Shown: positions 60,584 to 64,000 of the stretch, piece by piece
Layout: each line of letters opens with the position of its first letter
Numbering within the stretch: position 1 is the first letter of the stretch
Source of the DNA: Mizuhopecten yessoensis
Taxonomy: Eukaryota
NCBI RefSeq assembly: GCF_002113885.1
Contig: NW_018405747.1
Coordinates: 1,155,306-1,219,305 of the forward strand
Direction: 5' to 3'
DNA: 64,000 nucleotides
Program-made: the position numbers and the translations under genes
The notes under the pieces: model-generated
Told to the model about the DNA's origin: nothing
Seen by the model: the letters and a program-made list of their open reading frames with translations, nothing else
The model's database searches: none

Positions 60584-62818
60584 ATGACAAACCTCCATTT
60601 CATCACCCATGCAGTCATGCTGTCTGTCATGGCTGTAGTGGTCAAGAAATATATGGACCTGAGGTCACACGTGGAAGACCTACAAATGGACTGCTACCCC
60701 CACCCCTTCCTCTCCCAACCTCCGAGCAAACCTCCTCCCCACTTCCCCTACCCAGGGGACAATGTGGGGGTTAATGACAAAGTCAAAGATTTTAACTACA
60801 TTGCAACAAGTCAGTCTGATTTTCAGGAATCTGACAGTAACCAGGATATTGACAATTTGGGGGCAACAAAGTATGATGGTAAAGGGGCGTCTTCACAACA
60901 AAATAAATTTTCAGGAACAGACTTTAGTAGTCATTCAGACCAGAATTTTGGAACAGACTTTATTCAAAGTAGCCAGGCAAGTTACAGTAGTGAAGCTCAG
61001 AGTGGAAGATATTTTGAAGAATATGAAAAAACCAAAGCTGCGGGTGCAGAATCTTCAAGTGTATTAACTTTGAGCAGTAAATCTCTAACTGAAGGAGCCA
61101 CCATCAGCACGACCTCACAGACAGATATTGATGGAAGTGAACATGTAGCAGTAACTGGCAAAGCACATGAAAGCAAGAAATCAAAGGAAGAGGCTGATAC
61201 ATCACATATAGAAACCTCAGTTTGGTGCCATGGCAATTCGGAGATGAACAAAATATGTCATTTCCAGAACCTATGTTACAGTCCTTTGAATGAGGCGTTT
61301 CTGTTTTACCACAGTGATAGGAGTGTGTTGGATAGGTCACAGCTCGGTAATGATAGCAAGCCGATGCTACGTCTCTCTACTGTGTACGAATATAATGGTT
61401 ATACTCCAAACCTGATAGATTTAAAGTCTTCAGCGTTTGATCATTCTAGGGTAAAGTGGGTCAAAGGGCAAAGTGTGATCTTCAGCAGGTTCAAACCTGA
61501 CAATATCATGCATGTTCTACACGATGACATCTTCCCGTTACACTTCACGCTGAATTTTATTACCGGACAAAACTCTCTGGATCAGTATGATGTCCAGATA
61601 GTCTTTATGGAAGGATGGGATCGTGGGGACTTTGCCGACTTGTATTCTAGTTTCACTACCAAATCTCCCATTTATATTAACGATTTAAGTGAGGAACAGT
61701 TGGTCTGTTTTGAGGATGCTTATGCGGGATTATCAACTGCACCCGTGTGGTATCAATATGGCTACATCCAGTCGCAGGCACCTGTGAAAGACACAGAAGC
61801 ATCTGGATTTCTTATACACAACACAGTAAATTTTATTGTTAATCAACTCGATATGCAAAAGCCTCCTAACATGATGCTGACACCTGGTGATTATTTTGTT
61901 TTATTCTCCAGAAAAGACAATCGACGCATTGTCAATGAAATGGAACTGATGCTCTCAGTTTCAGCAGAGACAAATTTGAAAGTGTTCACGCTTAGTTTGG
62001 AAACCCATAGTTTAAAAGACATCATGCACTATGTAAGATTTTCCCGAGGTATAGTTGGTATGCATGGATCATTGATGTCACTGGCTGCCTTTCTCAGGCC
62101 TGGAGCGTTTGTTATTGAGTTGTTCCCATATGCAGTCTCTCCCAAAAAGTATCCCCCCTTCAGGACTCTAGCTGAGCTACCAGGGATGAATCTAGTCTAC
62201 ACAGCTTGGCAGAACCTGGACAAAACAAAATCTATAGGCCATCCTGACTGGCCGGCAGACATAGGGGGAATCGGTCATCTACCGCCACAGGACCAGGCAG
62301 CTATAATGGCTGAGACTGAAGTGCAGGATCATCTATGTTGTAGTGATCCTTCTTGGTTGTACCACATATACCAGGACACAGAGGTAGATATTCCTGCCAT
62401 CACCAGACTTATCAAAGCAGCCATGAACAAACCGTACACAAGTGACCACCAACAAATGTTCCCAGCCAAAGTTTCAAAGGTTCGGTGTGATAAACTCAAC
62501 CCCAATACTAATGTCACAGACAAAAATGTTAAACAATTGGGTAATGTGAAAAAAGGATTGGTAGTGTTAAAAATACAGTGGGCATCACCCCAGAATTTAG
62601 ACAATTTAGATTTTAGAAGTTTACATTATGAGGTGAGAGTAGTACAAGAAGGTGTAGATGACATATTATTCATAGTCACTGACACATCTCTGCTGGTGTC
62701 TGTGTCTAGCACAGGGCCCACAGTGAAGGTTTGGGTGAAGGCTGTCATAAACAATAAGACTGGGGGACTGCATGGCCATACACTCTGTTTACTAACAGAG
62801 CACCAAGGCCCAAAGTGA
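60584..62818 (+). CDS. POMGNT2: Protein O-linked-mannose beta-1,4-N-acetylglucosaminyltransferase 2 (GT61 family), single coding exon, 744 aa
   Basis: N-terminal signal anchor; CHFQNLCYSP, RFKPDNIMHVLHDDIFPL, WYQYG, LFSR..NRRIVNE, GMHGS...FL.PGA.VIELFPYAV, HLCCSDPSWLYHIYQDT; C-terminal FN3-like domain. Confidence 0.94.
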   Translation: MTNLHFITHAVMLSVMAVVVKKYMDLRSHVEDLQMDCYPHPFLSQPPSKPPPHFPYPGDNVGVNDKVKDFNYIATSQSDFQESDSNQDIDNLGATKYDGKGASSQQNKFSGTDFSSHSDQNFGTDFIQSSQASYSSEAQSGRYFEEYEKTKAAGAESSSVLTLSSKSLTEGATISTTSQTDIDGSEHVAVTGKAHESKKSKEEADTSHIETSVWCHGNSEMNKICHFQNLCYSPLNEAFLFYHSDRSVLDRSQLGNDSKPMLRLSTVYEYNGYTPNLIDLKSSAFDHSRVKWVKGQSVIFSRFKPDNIMHVLHDDIFPLHFTLNFITGQNSLDQYDVQIVFMEGWDRGDFADLYSSFTTKSPIYINDLSEEQLVCFEDAYAGLSTAPVWYQYGYIQSQAPVKDTEASGFLIHNTVNFIVNQLDMQKPPNMMLTPGDYFVLFSRKDNRRIVNEMELMLSVSAETNLKVFTLSLETHSLKDIMHYVRFSRGIVGMHGSLMSLAAFLRPGAFVIELFPYAVSPKKYPPFRTLAELPGMNLVYTAWQNLDKTKSIGHPDWPADIGGIGHLPPQDQAAIMAETEVQDHLCCSDPSWLYHIYQDTEVDIPAITRLIKAAMNKPYTSDHQQMFPAKVSKVRCDKLNPNTNVTDKNVKQLGNVKKGLVVLKIQWASPQNLDNLDFRSLHYEVRVVQEGVDDILFIVTDTSLLVSVSSTGPTVKVWVKAVINNKTGGLHGHTLCLLTEHQGPK

Positions 62819-64000
62819 AGGTTTGGGTGAAGGCTGTCACAGTCAGTAAGACTGGGGGACAACACAGCTACATAAGGGGTTTGGGTGAAGGTTTTCACAG
62901 GCAGTAAGACTGGGGAACTGCATGGCCATACACTCTGTTTACTAACAGAGCACCAAGGCCCAAAGTGAAGGTTTGGGTGAAGGCTGTCATAGACAGTATG
63001 ACTGGGGGACAACACAGCTACATGAGGGGTTTGGGTGAATGCTTTCATAGACAGTAAGACTGGGGGACTACACAGCCACATGACAGTTTGGGTGAATGCT
63101 TTCATAGACAGTAAGACTGGGGACTACACAGCCACATGAGGGTTTAGATGAAGGTTTTCATAGACAGTAAGACTGGGGACTACACAGCCACATGACAGTT
63201 TGGTTGAAGGCTTTCATAGACAGTAAGACTTGGGGACTACACAGCCACATGAGGGTTTTGGTGAAGGCTTTCACAGACAGTAAGACTGGGGGACTACACA
63301 GCCACATTAGGGTTTAGATGAAGGTTTTCATAGACAGTAAGACTTGGGGACTACACAGCCACATGAGGGTTTTGGTGAAGGCTTTCATAGACAGTAAGAC
63401 TGGGGGACTACACAGCCACATGAGGGTTTGGGTGAAGGCTTTCACAGACAGTAAGACTGGGGGACTACACAGCCACAAGAGGGTTTAGATGAAGGTTTTC
63501 ATAGACAGTAAGACTTGGGGACTACACAGCCACATGACAGTTTGGGTGAAGGCTTTCATAGACAGTAAGACTGGAGACTACACATAAAGGTTTAGGTGAA
63601 AGCTTTCATAGACAGTAAGACTGGGGACTACACAGCCACATGAGGGTTTGGGTGAAGGCTTTCATAGACAGTAAGACTGGGGACTACACAGCCACATGAC
63701 AGTTTGGTTGAAGGTTTTCATAGACAGTAAGACTGGGGGACTACACAGCCACATGAGGGTTTAGGTGAAGGCTTTCACAGACAGTAACACTGGGGACTAC
63801 ACAGCCACATGACAGTTTGGGTGAAGGTTTTCATAGATAGTAAGACTTGGGGACTACACAGCCACATGACAGTTTGGGTGAAGGTTTTCATAGACAGTAA
63901 GACTGGGGACCACACAGCCACATGACTGTTTGGGTGAAGGTTTTCATAGACAGTAAGACTGAGGACTACACAGCCATATGACAGTTTGGGTGAAGGTAGA
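62715..64000 (+). repeat. Minisatellite derived from the POMGNT2 3' coding end: 92+58-bp dimer x2, then about 17 units of ~57 bp, running off the window
   Basis: GGTTTGGGTGAAGGCT.TCATA.ACA.TAAGACTGGGGGAC at 62728, 62820, 62878, 62970, 63028 and onward. Confidence 0.95.

Noticed and set aside
62626-63105. 159-aa minus-strand ORF
   Set aside because: Antisense to the POMGNT2 end and its derived repeat.

Overview
AT-rich animal genomic DNA, most likely a bivalve mollusc (inferred from the repeat families; species not determinable here), with one 492-nt N gap. Six protein-coding genes are reconstructed by hand from splice sites and reading phase. They form three head-to-head pairs: FITM2(-)/ZFAT(+), NCDN(-)/EXOSC4(+) and CIBAR1-FAM92(-)/POMGNT2(+). 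Non-coding space is dense in small non-autonomous mobile elements: Helentron-associated HINEs with satellite-like cores, TTAA-flanked 83-bp hairpin MITEs, TA-type MITEs, SINEs, a decayed CR1/L2-type LINE, and miniature LTR elements whose LTRs contain a tRNA-like cloverleaf (Helenus-type TRIMs). Three observations stand out. First, a cluster of tRNA-LTR TRIMs in and around EXOSC4 intron 1. Second, tandem repeats seeded from coding-exon ends three times: a 9-copy array of splice donors in NCDN, a second decayed donor array, and a minisatellite that supplies the POMGNT2 stop codon. Third, two hairpin MITE families of exactly equal length with compensatory changes in their ends. Gene identities come from recalled protein motifs, not database searches.
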